Shown here piece after piece: positions 30,469 to 39,420 of a DNA stretch of 64,000 bases. The stretch's first letter is position 1; the number at the start of each line of letters is the position of its first letter. Made by a program: the position numbers and the translations under genes. The notes beneath the pieces are model-generated. The model was not told where the DNA came from and ran no database searches. It was given only the letters and a program-made list of their open reading frames with translations. Source of the stretch: Candidatus Poribacteria bacterium (lineage in GTDB: Bacteria; Poribacteria; WGA-4E; PCPOR2b); NCBI GenBank assembly GCA_965116925.1, contig OZ220744.1:5696001-5760000 (forward strand). Reading direction: 5' to 3'.

Positions 30469-31071
30469 TCATTGATCTACAAATCGACTTTTCAGGGAGG
30501 TAAGCGGAACCAAGAGGTCATTGACGGCAGGCTGCCACCCGGGCAACACATGAGATTGGACTCGCGCTCCATCCCTGAATCGTTCAACGGTCCTAGATGA
30601 ATCAGAGATGAATTGCACCACTTCAATCGTGCCCTCCCTTGAATGTACAAGCCAGCACTCATCAACCCCCATCCGTTGATAGTCCGCGAGTTTGTCTGAA
30701 ACGTTTTGTTGTGATTCGCTCGGGGAGACAATTTCGACGACCAGATTTGGTGCGATGTCAAGGAAAGGTAGGGTCTCCATATCCTCTAACCCTAACTGTG
30801 TAATCCGTTCAAAACTGATGTAAAGCACATCTAGTTGTCGAGTCCGCAACGGTGCTCGACTAATCATGATGTCAACGGGGGCATACACAACAAGTCCTAA
30901 TAGATGCTCATCCACATAATTCGCCATCGGTTGAAAGATTTTTCTCGAGTGCCATTGGTGCCCAAATAGCGGTGCAGGTTCCATAATCAGCTTTCCGTCG
31001 ATAACCTCATATCGCTGCATGGTTTCTGGCAGCGCGAGGTAATCATCGTACGTCAAGAGTGCCTGTGTCAT
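30469..31071 (-). CDS. Uma2-family endonuclease-like protein
   Basis: RYEVIDG, APNLVVEIVSPS, KLADY..GV.E.WLV. Confidence 0.8.
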   Translation of the reverse strand: MTQALLTYDDYLALPETMQRYEVIDGKLIMEPAPLFGHQWHSRKIFQPMANYVDEHLLGLVVYAPVDIMISRAPLRTRQLDVLYISFERITQLGLEDMETLPFLDIAPNLVVEIVSPSESQQNVSDKLADYQRMGVDECWLVHSREGTIEVVQFISDSSRTVERFRDGARVQSHVLPGWQPAVNDLLVPLTSLKSRFVDQ

Positions 31072-31176
31072 CTAAAAAACTCCTTTAGCGTGGAAATCCA
31101 GGCATTTGAAGAAAATAGAACGCTAGGACGCAGAGACGTAAAGGAAAAACCTTGTGCCCTTACGACTTCGCGTTTT

Positions 31177-31233
31177 GGCTCATGTAAAGAAATCGTGCAA
31201 CAGAAACCGAGTTTTCAAGAAAAAACTCGGTTT
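31177..31233. repeat. MITE family A partial copy
   Basis: GGCTCATGTAAA left end plus the family hairpin; no right end. Confidence 0.6.
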
Positions 31234-31258
31234 ATCTTCGCGCTTCGCACTCTCTTTT

Positions 31259-31364
31259 TATAGTAGATTTTAGAATTAATGAGACACTCCAAATCGGCGC
31301 AGTTGGAAACAGCGCCTACCAGATGAGGAGCGAAAGTGTCTGTTTATTTTTTAAATTCACTATA
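31259..31364. mobile_element. MITE family B copy
   Basis: TATAGTAGATTTTAGAATTAAT...AATTCACTATA. Confidence 0.8.
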
Positions 31365-31400
31365 TATAAACCTGCGTGTTATCACATTTCACGCTTTACA

Positions 31401-32942
31401 TTAATGCCGCAGCACGCGCCCCGGCAGTTGCCCGGTGGGGTTTCCATCGTCGATCACGGGAACACCGTTGACCAATACCCAGTTCACGCCGACTGCCGGC
31501 TGCACCGGATCCTGCCATGTCGAACGGTCAGCAACGGTCTCCGGGTCAAAGACAACTAGATCCGCAGCCAAGCCTTCGGCGATCCGCCCACGGTCTTTGA
31601 TCCCAAAACGCGCCGCCGGAAATCCACTCATTTTGTAGACCGCTTCGTGTAGGGACACCAGTTGACGCTCCCTGACGAAGCGTCCAAGATACTGCACGAA
31701 GCAGCCGTATCCCCGCGGATGCGGATGGGGAATATCGTAGACACCGTCGCTAGCAATCATCATTCGCGGGTGGACAGCTGTGCGGTCAATTGTCACTTTG
31801 TTATCTTCAGGCGGTGTCTGCCAAGGGAAAACGAATGTCTCTATCCCTTCCTCTTCGAGCATCAGGTCGTAAGCAAAGTCCTCGCGGGATTTACCCACAC
31901 TTTCGGCGGCTTCCGATAAGGTCATACCGATGAATCGACCGGAACGGGTATAGCCGACAATCTGATCTCCCCGTCCTAATTGTTCTCGGATATGGGGCAG
32001 ACATTTTTCCCGTACCTCTAACCGCTCTAAATTTGCCAAGACCTCTGTGAGACTCCCCGCTTGGAACTCCGCCGGCAGCATCAGCGCGAGATGGGTCATC
32101 CCCGCGGGATAGAGATAGGATTCAAAGGTCAAATCAATCCCCTCGCGGTCTACCTGCTCAAGCAACGCAGCGCTCTCATCATCTACCCGCTCGTGGGAGA
32201 TGTGGACGGGAATACCCGACTGTTGGGCAAGTTCAAAGGTCTCTTCCCACGCTTTTTTGCGTCCGAGGATTCGGTAACGGATATGGGCGGCATAGATGGC
32301 ACCATAAGAAGCTGCGAGCTTGCACAGAGTCACCAGTTCGCGGAGATCTGCATTGGCACTCGGTTGGTAGTCAAGCCCTAAGCAGAGGCAACCTGCGCCT
32401 GCCTCCAACCATTCACGGGTTGTCTCGACCATGGTCTGCAACTCTTCGTCGGTGGCGGGTCGGGGATCCCACCCCATCGCTCCCAAACGCACCGCGCAGT
32501 GCGGTACTTGCGGGTAAACGTTGGCGGGAGTATTGCCGGGAAAGATGCTTAGATAATCTTCGACGCTATGCCAATCAAGGTTGAGTTCCGCATCCCCAAT
32601 CGCAAACTGTGTATAGCGCCACATCTCCTGTGCTATCTCAGGTGGAAGCGGTGCCCACCCAAAACCGTCCGGTGCGGTCAGTTGGGTGGTTACGCCCTGA
32701 CGAACAGCTCCTAGTTGATCTCGACCACCCAACAGCGAAATTTCGGAATGGACATGGACATCAATGAAACCGGGACTTATGACCTGTCCCGTCGCATTGA
32801 TGCGCTGGTTTACCTGTGTGGAATCCAATTTTCCGATGGCAGCGATCCGGTCATCAATTACACCGACATCGGCGGGGAAAGGCTCGCGCTCGCCTGTGCC
32901 ATCAACAACCTTTCCACCATGAATAATATAGTCAAACTGCAT
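31401..32942 (-). CDS. N-acyl-D-amino-acid deacylase
   Basis: PGFIDVHVH, ASDG...HPRGYG, GLAADLVVFDP. Confidence 0.85.
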   Translation of the reverse strand: MQFDYIIHGGKVVDGTGEREPFPADVGVIDDRIAAIGKLDSTQVNQRINATGQVISPGFIDVHVHSEISLLGGRDQLGAVRQGVTTQLTAPDGFGWAPLPPEIAQEMWRYTQFAIGDAELNLDWHSVEDYLSIFPGNTPANVYPQVPHCAVRLGAMGWDPRPATDEELQTMVETTREWLEAGAGCLCLGLDYQPSANADLRELVTLCKLAASYGAIYAAHIRYRILGRKKAWEETFELAQQSGIPVHISHERVDDESAALLEQVDREGIDLTFESYLYPAGMTHLALMLPAEFQAGSLTEVLANLERLEVREKCLPHIREQLGRGDQIVGYTRSGRFIGMTLSEAAESVGKSREDFAYDLMLEEEGIETFVFPWQTPPEDNKVTIDRTAVHPRMMIASDGVYDIPHPHPRGYGCFVQYLGRFVRERQLVSLHEAVYKMSGFPAARFGIKDRGRIAEGLAADLVVFDPETVADRSTWQDPVQPAVGVNWVLVNGVPVIDDGNPTGQLPGRVLRH

Positions 32943-33058
32943 CAAGTATTCTCCATTACTGTGTGAGGGAGATTATTTTACTGGTTGTTCGTAACTTCTG
33001 TGAAATCAGATTTTCGGTTGACAGAGCAAAGAGGAATCAAGTATGATTTAGTCAGATT

Positions 33059-33166
33059 TATAGTAGATTTTAGAATTAATGAGACACTCCAAATCGGCGC
33101 AGTTGAAAACAGCGCCTACCAAACATGGGGAGTGAAAGTGTGTATTTATTTTTTGAATTCACTATA
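33059..33166. mobile_element. MITE family B copy
   Basis: Near-identical to 31259-31364, same orientation. Confidence 0.8.
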
Positions 33167-33174
33167 AACATAAA

Positions 33175-33306
33175 GGCTCATGTAAAAAGAAAGTGCAAAA
33201 CACGAAGCGAAGTCGTAGGGGCGGGGTCTCCCCACTCGCCGTAAGGGTTGGGTGACCCAACCCCTACGAATATTCGGTTTCTTTGCACTAAATCTTAACA
33301 TGAGCG
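33175..33306. mobile_element. MITE family A copy with REP-like cargo
   Basis: GGCTCATGT...CATGAGCG; 8-bp direct repeat AACATAAA. Confidence 0.8.
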
Positions 33307-33366
33307 AACATAAATACAAGACTGCTTTGAACCCCGATCGTAGTATCGGGGAGGAGAAATGCACGA

Positions 33367-33834
33367 ATGCACAATAAATTCTATCTTTTTGGTTTCCTTA
33401 TAAAACTCTTTCTGATTGGCATCATTTTTGGTGGATGTGATGATGCAGGCTCAGGTGGAAGTGGATCGATAAGTCCACTCAGGGATGAGCCTCTGATTTT
33501 GGACTCTGTCCTCGCAATTAATGTCAGCGATGACCGTCCGGATGGAATCGCTGACACCTTTTTTGACACGAGCGATCGGATTTACTTATGGATCTTTTGG
33601 GTGAACGTCAAAGGACGGCATACGGTTGAAGTCAACTGGTTTTCGCCGCTGGACGACATAGACGCCCCGCCCTTCCGAGAGGACCAAGAGACGTTTACCT
33701 CCTCAACAGGCGATCAGATCACTTGGTTCTATATAGACGCTCCTTCGAGTGGCTTTCCTGATGGCGAATGGTTTGTCGAAATCTTTCTAGACGGATTATT
33801 TGAACGAAGCCATGTGTTTGATGTCAGACGCTGA
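33367..33834 (+). CDS. Putative lipoprotein (Ig-like beta fold)
   Basis: Lipobox-like FGGC after a hydrophobic stretch; GGAGG RBS. Confidence 0.7.
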   Translation: MHNKFYLFGFLIKLFLIGIIFGGCDDAGSGGSGSISPLRDEPLILDSVLAINVSDDRPDGIADTFFDTSDRIYLWIFWVNVKGRHTVEVNWFSPLDDIDAPPFREDQETFTSSTGDQITWFYIDAPSSGFPDGEWFVEIFLDGLFERSHVFDVRR

Positions 33835-34094
33835 TCCAGCACCCCTTAGGACTTACGCGCTTCAGTTTTAAGAGTAGGGACGGACGCAGATCTCGCAGAT
33901 ACAGGTTGCATGAGCGAGATTAAAAAGGTTACGTTTTCCATGGGAAAATCAAATTTTCCCATTTTTCCCGCGCAAATGGGTAAATTGCCCCTATTTCAGC
34001 ATGAAACGTTTCGTCATGCCCGCCAATCGTATTACAAACAGTTACAAACAATTACATCATCATCTTATTGTTGATTGCAAATTGGGATTATAAT

Positions 34095-34458
34095 AGGACT
34101 TACGCAGTTGAACGGTAAAATCCAACTCCTTCCGCCACGTGGAACCTACACCTCCGTTTCAATGGCCTACCGACACAATTCGGCAATTTGGCAGGGCACT
34201 GGCAGGTCCAAAAAAAATTTCAGCCTCGTATCAGGGAGTCATCATTAGCCGATATCTGTCTGAACCCTGATGGGGCCTAGCTTCAGAGCATTTGTAGATT
34301 TTTACCACATAAGAGAAGGTGCGCCCAAACGGCTTTTTGACCTGCCAAATACGCACTGTTTATGAACCGTTTTTGACTGAAATGGCACCAAAACCTTGCC
34401 AAATGACAGGGATTTGGCAGGTCCCTGACAGGTCAAAACTCTGAAATGCGTAAGTCCT
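34095..34458. mobile_element. Non-coding element bounded by AGGACTTACGCA inverted repeats
   Basis: AGGACTTACGCA at 34095 and TGCGTAAGTCCT at 34447; extra left end at 33848. Confidence 0.55.
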
Positions 34459-34479
34459 GACATTGTAGATCCTTGCCAC

Positions 34480-34728
34480 TTACGAAAATAAAATGAGATC
34501 TCCGATATCCTGTTCTTTCGCAGATTCGCAAAGTTCAAGTAGCTTTTCCTCGTCCTCAGTTAAGGAATCTTCACCTTCTAAGCAGTCAATGATAGTTTCT
34601 ACGTTAACAATAACATTACCACCACAACCCAATAGATTAGCAACAGCCCATATTTCTTCACCAACGTCAACATAGCCGATAGGATTTATTGTTGCGGGAT
34701 AATCGCCTATCCTCTGTTCTTCAGCCAT
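34480..34728 (-). CDS. Small acidic hypothetical protein
   Basis: 82 aa from ATG 34728 after AAAGGGA. Confidence 0.55.
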   Translation of the reverse strand: MAEEQRIGDYPATINPIGYVDVGEEIWAVANLLGCGGNVIVNVETIIDCLEGEDSLTEDEEKLLELCESAKEQDIGDLILFS

Positions 34729-34783
34729 TGTTGATCCCTTTCTAATCCTTGAGCTCATCAAGAATAGCCGCTCCTGTTTTTCC

Positions 34784-35680
34784 CTATAACAGTTCCCGAC
34801 CAACAATCAGGCGATATGCCTCCAGATATTTTTCGCTGGTTTGACTGATGACCTCCGCCGGCAATTCAGGTGCCGGGGGTTCTTTATTCCAGCCAACATC
34901 ACTCAGATAATCGCGGACGTACTGTTTGTCAAAGCTGGGTGGGGAGCTACCGGGCTTATATTCGTCCTTGGGCCAGAAGCGAGATGAATCGGGAGTGAAG
35001 ACCTCGTCAATGAGAATCAGTTGACCATCAATCTGCCCAAACTCAAACTTGGTGTCGCAGAGGATGATTCCAGACTTTTCGGCATGTTCGCTCGCGGCTT
35101 CAAACAGCGCGAAACTGGTCTGGATAATCTTTTCTGACAACTCCTTTCCAATCTCCGCCTCCATCTCTGCAATTGAGATGTTCTCGTCGTGTTCCCCTTG
35201 CTCCGCCTTCGTAGAAGGAGTGAAGATGGGTTCTGGCAACCGCTCTGATTCGGTTAGTCCTGCCGGCAGCTTTTCGCCGCATACCGTTCCATCCTGCTTA
35301 TACTCCGACCACGCGGAGCCCGCGATGTACCCTCGCACGACGCATTCGATATCGATTCGATTGGCTTTCCGCACAAGCATTGACCGTCCTTTAAGCACTT
35401 CCGCGTCGGCTTGCAGCACGTCAGGATACTGTGAAACATCGGTGGTGATGATGTGATTATCGACGATCGATCTTGTGTAATCGAACCAGAACTCGGAGAG
35501 GCCGGTCAGGATCTGTCCTTTGTACGGAATCCCATTCGGCAGCACAACATCAAATGCTGAGATCCGATCCGTTGAGATGATTAATAGTTGCTCGCCAAGG
35601 TCATAGAGGTCTCGGACTTTACCTCTGTTAGCGAGATCAAGGTTCGTTAGATTGGTTTCTGTGATAACGTTTTGTGACAT
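34784..35680 (-). CDS. purC: SAICAR synthase
   Basis: GKVRDLY, TDRISAFD, ECVVRGY, DTKFEFG, TPDSSRFW. Confidence 0.95.
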   Translation of the reverse strand: MSQNVITETNLTNLDLANRGKVRDLYDLGEQLLIISTDRISAFDVVLPNGIPYKGQILTGLSEFWFDYTRSIVDNHIITTDVSQYPDVLQADAEVLKGRSMLVRKANRIDIECVVRGYIAGSAWSEYKQDGTVCGEKLPAGLTESERLPEPIFTPSTKAEQGEHDENISIAEMEAEIGKELSEKIIQTSFALFEAASEHAEKSGIILCDTKFEFGQIDGQLILIDEVFTPDSSRFWPKDEYKPGSSPPSFDKQYVRDYLSDVGWNKEPPAPELPAEVISQTSEKYLEAYRLIVGRELL

Positions 35681-35808
35681 TACTAACTCCATCAGATATA
35701 GAATTTTGGTACTACGGTAAAATTATGGTAATATCGTCTAAGTTACGCTACACCATTCGCTATATGGCGCAAAAGGCGTAGCTTCAGCATTTTGTGAGGC
35801 TATTTCCC

Positions 35809-35997
35809 TTAATCCTTCTTTGCAGCCTGCTTAGGATTTTGTTCGGTTTCAGAGGTTCCCCCACTAGGTTTTTGGACAGGCTGCGGGGCTGGTTCTTTCT
35901 TAGGAGGTGGATCTGGCCATGGTTTCAAAGGTTTCACCTCTATGAGAGCATCTCTATTTAAGCCTTTACCTTTGGGGTCTCTCTTACTCTTAGACAT
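35809..35997 (-). CDS. Small basic Pro-rich peptide
   Basis: Strong AGGAGGTG RBS; directly downstream of the 2-TM gene. Confidence 0.55.
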   Translation of the reverse strand: MSKSKRDPKGKGLNRDALIEVKPLKPWPDPPPKKEPAPQPVQKPSGGTSETEQNPKQAAKKD

Positions 35998-36024
35998 TAT
36001 TATTCACCTCCTTCTCAAGGAGAC

Positions 36025-36522
36025 TCAATTCGTTAAACCTCTTGATTCTAAAACCTCATTATGGCACTGCTCGTTTAATTTTACATCCTCTGGAAGTCCT
36101 GTATCATCTAATCCGGCTACTTCGCCTCTGATACGCCTATACTCTCCTTCAACCCTATTTATGGGGCTGTCACCTTGCAACTCAAGCCACAAATTTTCAT
36201 ATTCATATTCGATTCGCGACCACTTTCCTGCTAAATCTGACATCCTGCTTATTGTTTTTGACCAATCTAATATCGGAAGGGCGATTGCAGTAACAGCTGA
36301 AATGGCAGAGAGGCCTTTCCATAAAATATCAATCTCATCCCATATACCCCAACTCGCCACTGTAGATGAGGACATAGTCGCTAGGAATATCTTTGTATAT
36401 TTGTCCCATTTAGAATAACGCCGGATTAGATGATTCCAGTAACGCTTATTGAAATCGGCACCCAACAGTCTATCCCAAACTGCTTTTCTGATGTATTCGT
36501 CTCTTGCCTCCGGTGTCCGCAT
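36025..36522 (-). CDS. Two-TM SLATT-like protein
   Basis: Helix, TM hairpin, then C-terminal helices; AT-richer than its neighbours. Confidence 0.55.
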   Translation of the reverse strand: MRTPEARDEYIRKAVWDRLLGADFNKRYWNHLIRRYSKWDKYTKIFLATMSSSTVASWGIWDEIDILWKGLSAISAVTAIALPILDWSKTISRMSDLAGKWSRIEYEYENLWLELQGDSPINRVEGEYRRIRGEVAGLDDTGLPEDVKLNEQCHNEVLESRGLTN

Positions 36523-36573
36523 CTTTCTATATTTCCTATCAACCTCTAAAATTGAGCAGAACCATTAACTGAT

Positions 36574-37485
36574 TCAACCCTTAAAAACAGATAGGCAATA
36601 TCTCCAGTATTCGACTGCGTATCTTTTAACTTCCTCCGGCTGACCTACCACTTCCATATAGCCTCGAATCCAGTTAAGCAATAGGTCTTGAGATGCCTTT
36701 TTGACGGTGCAGCTTTCTATATCATAAGCGATATTGCGAAAATTGTCCAGATCTTCTTCATCGAGATGGAAATCAACCTCGCGATATAGAACTAAATTTA
36801 CCATCAATGCAATCGTGATTTGGCGGGCGGTATCGCAATTGGTGTCCAGCGGATAGTCAACGACGAAAATTTTCTCTTGTGGTAATGCTTGGAGGTAGTT
36901 GAATCGGAGGTTGATATAGTCTAGCTGTTGATTGGCAACGTTGATGTCGGCGAGATTCATTAAGGACCGGGGATTAGCAGATAGTTGATTCAGTGAAATT
37001 TGTGCAGCATTAATTGCGAGTTTCTTCCCGATAATTGATTCCAGAAAATCGCTTTCCCATTCATTATAAGCGGGGATCTTCTCTTGCTCAATAGTTTGGA
37101 TCGCCGGTGCGATGAGGATCGTCTTTTCGAGTGTATTTCGGGAACGTTCCACCAACGTATCAACGAGCGTATTGCCGATCTGGAAGAACTTAACCAACCG
37201 ATTGCTATTCAGCAGGCGAACCGATTTGTCGAGTGCGCCTTCGCAACCGTATTCCAGTCCCAAACTTGTCAAGGTAAAGGCTTCTTGGATCTGCCCTCGA
37301 ATCTCCGAGCGCGAGGAGAGATCTTCCACTTTAATTGCAATTAACTTTTGAGCAAGGGAGGCAATATCGTGGTGAATCTTGTCCAGATGTGTAGGTGAAA
37401 TCCGCCCCGTATTTTGTCCATGTTCGAGTGTTTGGGCGAGAAACAGTCGGCTATCGTAATGGGTCAGGGCGTCAGCTTCAAGCAT
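36574..37485 (-). CDS. Hypothetical protein resembling the DUF6178 C-terminal half
   Basis: SLGLE...LL....L..FFQIG motif; ATG 37485 overlaps the upstream stop. Confidence 0.55.
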   Translation of the reverse strand: MLEADALTHYDSRLFLAQTLEHGQNTGRISPTHLDKIHHDIASLAQKLIAIKVEDLSSRSEIRGQIQEAFTLTSLGLEYGCEGALDKSVRLLNSNRLVKFFQIGNTLVDTLVERSRNTLEKTILIAPAIQTIEQEKIPAYNEWESDFLESIIGKKLAINAAQISLNQLSANPRSLMNLADINVANQQLDYINLRFNYLQALPQEKIFVVDYPLDTNCDTARQITIALMVNLVLYREVDFHLDEEDLDNFRNIAYDIESCTVKKASQDLLLNWIRGYMEVVGQPEEVKRYAVEYWRYCLSVFKG

Positions 37486-38302
37486 CTTCTGATTCCTCGT
37501 CAACTTTAGCCCCCTGCTTGTCCTCTAAATCTAGTTGATCGAGATCTACTTTTTCGAGTATCTCTGCTTCGATGATGTCAATGCCAGCTGCTTTATCGCG
37601 TTCTCTGACTCGTTCTTCCTGTTCCTCTCTCGCACGGTCAAGCGACCCCCACAGTTCCTCTCCTAACTCATCTTCCCGATCTAGCCCAAAGAGTTCATAC
37701 AGTACACGAACAAATAGGTCGGCATCCGCTTCCCAGATTGCGTCCATGATTGCCTTCGCCCGTTCATCTGCGTAGTCAATGCCCGGCGTTGACGGATCGA
37801 CCAATCCCTCCTCAATAAACAGTGCTTTGAATTCCTCGTCCATCTCAACGCGCTCACGCAACAGGCCGCCGAGAATTCCGACATCAATTTGGGAGAGCAT
37901 CCCTCCAAGTTCATCCGTCTCGCACTCCGACAACTCAAAGAGCCATAAATCGAGCGTTTTTTCGTCGAGTGTGCCGTTGCGCCATAAGACGAAATCCATC
38001 ATTTCTTCAAACTGATCGGACGACAGACACGGCAGTAGGGCGGACGCTGTCCCTGTACCCAGCCTTGTGTCCAAGATTTGCAAAACATCTTCCATTGGAC
38101 TCATCTGGATTAACTCGGTGCAGTCTGGGACAAGATAATACAATTCCTCTCGCGCCTTAGCATCTCGTACGGAGGAGATGAGTTCCAGTTGCTGGTCTAT
38201 TGTGTAAGCTTGAAACAGCACTTCAGCCGCGGTCACCGGCATTTTTAGCAGTTTCTCAGCTTCGAGGTGTGGGTTGATGAGCTTTACATTATTCACACTC
38301 AT
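37478..38302 (-). CDS. Hypothetical protein resembling the DUF6178 N-terminal half
   Basis: Acidic helical protein with Q....D...W....LD......W motif. Confidence 0.55.
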   Translation of the reverse strand: MSVNNVKLINPHLEAEKLLKMPVTAAEVLFQAYTIDQQLELISSVRDAKAREELYYLVPDCTELIQMSPMEDVLQILDTRLGTGTASALLPCLSSDQFEEMMDFVLWRNGTLDEKTLDLWLFELSECETDELGGMLSQIDVGILGGLLRERVEMDEEFKALFIEEGLVDPSTPGIDYADERAKAIMDAIWEADADLFVRVLYELFGLDREDELGEELWGSLDRAREEQEERVRERDKAAGIDIIEAEILEKVDLDQLDLEDKQGAKVDEESEDA

Positions 38303-38325
38303 ATCTCACTCATTAGTTGGAAATC

Positions 38326-39090
38326 TTAGTAGTTTTCTCGGACAAAGTTCAGGTTTTTTATCGCCGAAGCTATCGGATCGCCGTTTGCCGGTGTTTCGAG
38401 GACAAACCAGCCATTATAACCAATTGCATGAGTGGCTTCGATAACCGCAGGGAAGTCAACTCCACCCTCGCCGGCGTGGCTGCCCGATGTGTCTTTGATG
38501 TGCATCTGTGCGATGGCGTTTCCAAGCTGATGAATCTCTTTGGCAGCGTCATATCCGAGTCCTGTGGCATTGCCCATATCGTAATAGACGCCAACCGCCG
38601 GAGAGTCAACCTGATCGAGGATCTGTTGGTGCTCATCAGCAGTTAAGGTTGATTCCAAAGCGAGGCAAACGTTATGTTGTTCCGCCGTTGCTGCGGCAGC
38701 TTTTATCCCGTCAATGAAACGCGGCGACGTTATATGCTCCGTTTCAATCTTGCCATCGCCGAAGAACGGCACAAGAATGACCCTCGCCCCAAGTTCTGGG
38801 CAAACCGCCGAGAGGTGTTGCAACATTGTAATTCCCTCGGCTCGCGTTGCATCGTCTGGGTGGGCAAATGTATATGCGGTGAAACCGCCCGGCGAGAGTG
38901 CCGGTGTTTCAATGCCAGCCGCCTCGGATAATGCCTTGATGTTGTCTACACCGGACTCGCTCCAAAGTGGGTGCTCACGATAATTGGCACCGATACATAT
39001 TTCCACGCCGTCAAAGCCAATCTCTTTCGCTTTGCCGAATACCTCTTCAAAGGGCAAATCCAACATTCCGTCTCGGATGCCGACTTTCAT
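38326..39090 (-). CDS. Sugar phosphate isomerase/epimerase (xylose isomerase-like TIM barrel)
   Basis: GFDGVE, LALE, YDMGN, HIKD, LET. Confidence 0.85.
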   Translation of the reverse strand: MKVGIRDGMLDLPFEEVFGKAKEIGFDGVEICIGANYREHPLWSESGVDNIKALSEAAGIETPALSPGGFTAYTFAHPDDATRAEGITMLQHLSAVCPELGARVILVPFFGDGKIETEHITSPRFIDGIKAAAATAEQHNVCLALESTLTADEHQQILDQVDSPAVGVYYDMGNATGLGYDAAKEIHQLGNAIAQMHIKDTSGSHAGEGGVDFPAVIEATHAIGYNGWFVLETPANGDPIASAIKNLNFVRENY

Positions 39091-39267
39091 ATTTTCCTCC
39101 TACAGGGACCAATTCATGATAGGAAGGGGCTACTTCTAAAAGAGTTGCGATATGATACCATCTTTGAATTATGAGTGTCAAGAGCCGTATGTGAGAAACC
39201 GTCCCAAGGTTCGTTTGGCAGACGTTTTTCGATTGCTCACTGCCTTCACCTATGCTATCATAATGAA

Positions 39268-39382
39268 GGCTCATGTAAAAACGGAGTGCAAGCGCGATGA
39301 AGGCATTGAGGGCGTGGCAAGATGCCCCGCCTACGGTTTTTGAGGTAAATCGGTGTTGTTGCACTAATTCTTAACATGAGCC
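39268..39382. mobile_element. MITE family A copy with REP-like cargo
   Basis: GGCTCATGT...CATGAGCC; 8-bp direct repeat ATAATGAA. Confidence 0.8.
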
Positions 39383-39420
39383 ATAATGAAAAGGTGGACC
39401 GGTGAAGGGTATACGATGAA

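Noticed and set aside
30469..31071. Uma2 protein as a defence nuclease
   Set aside because: Common multicopy family with no partner genes; motif variants (QLD, APN) are too weak to interpret
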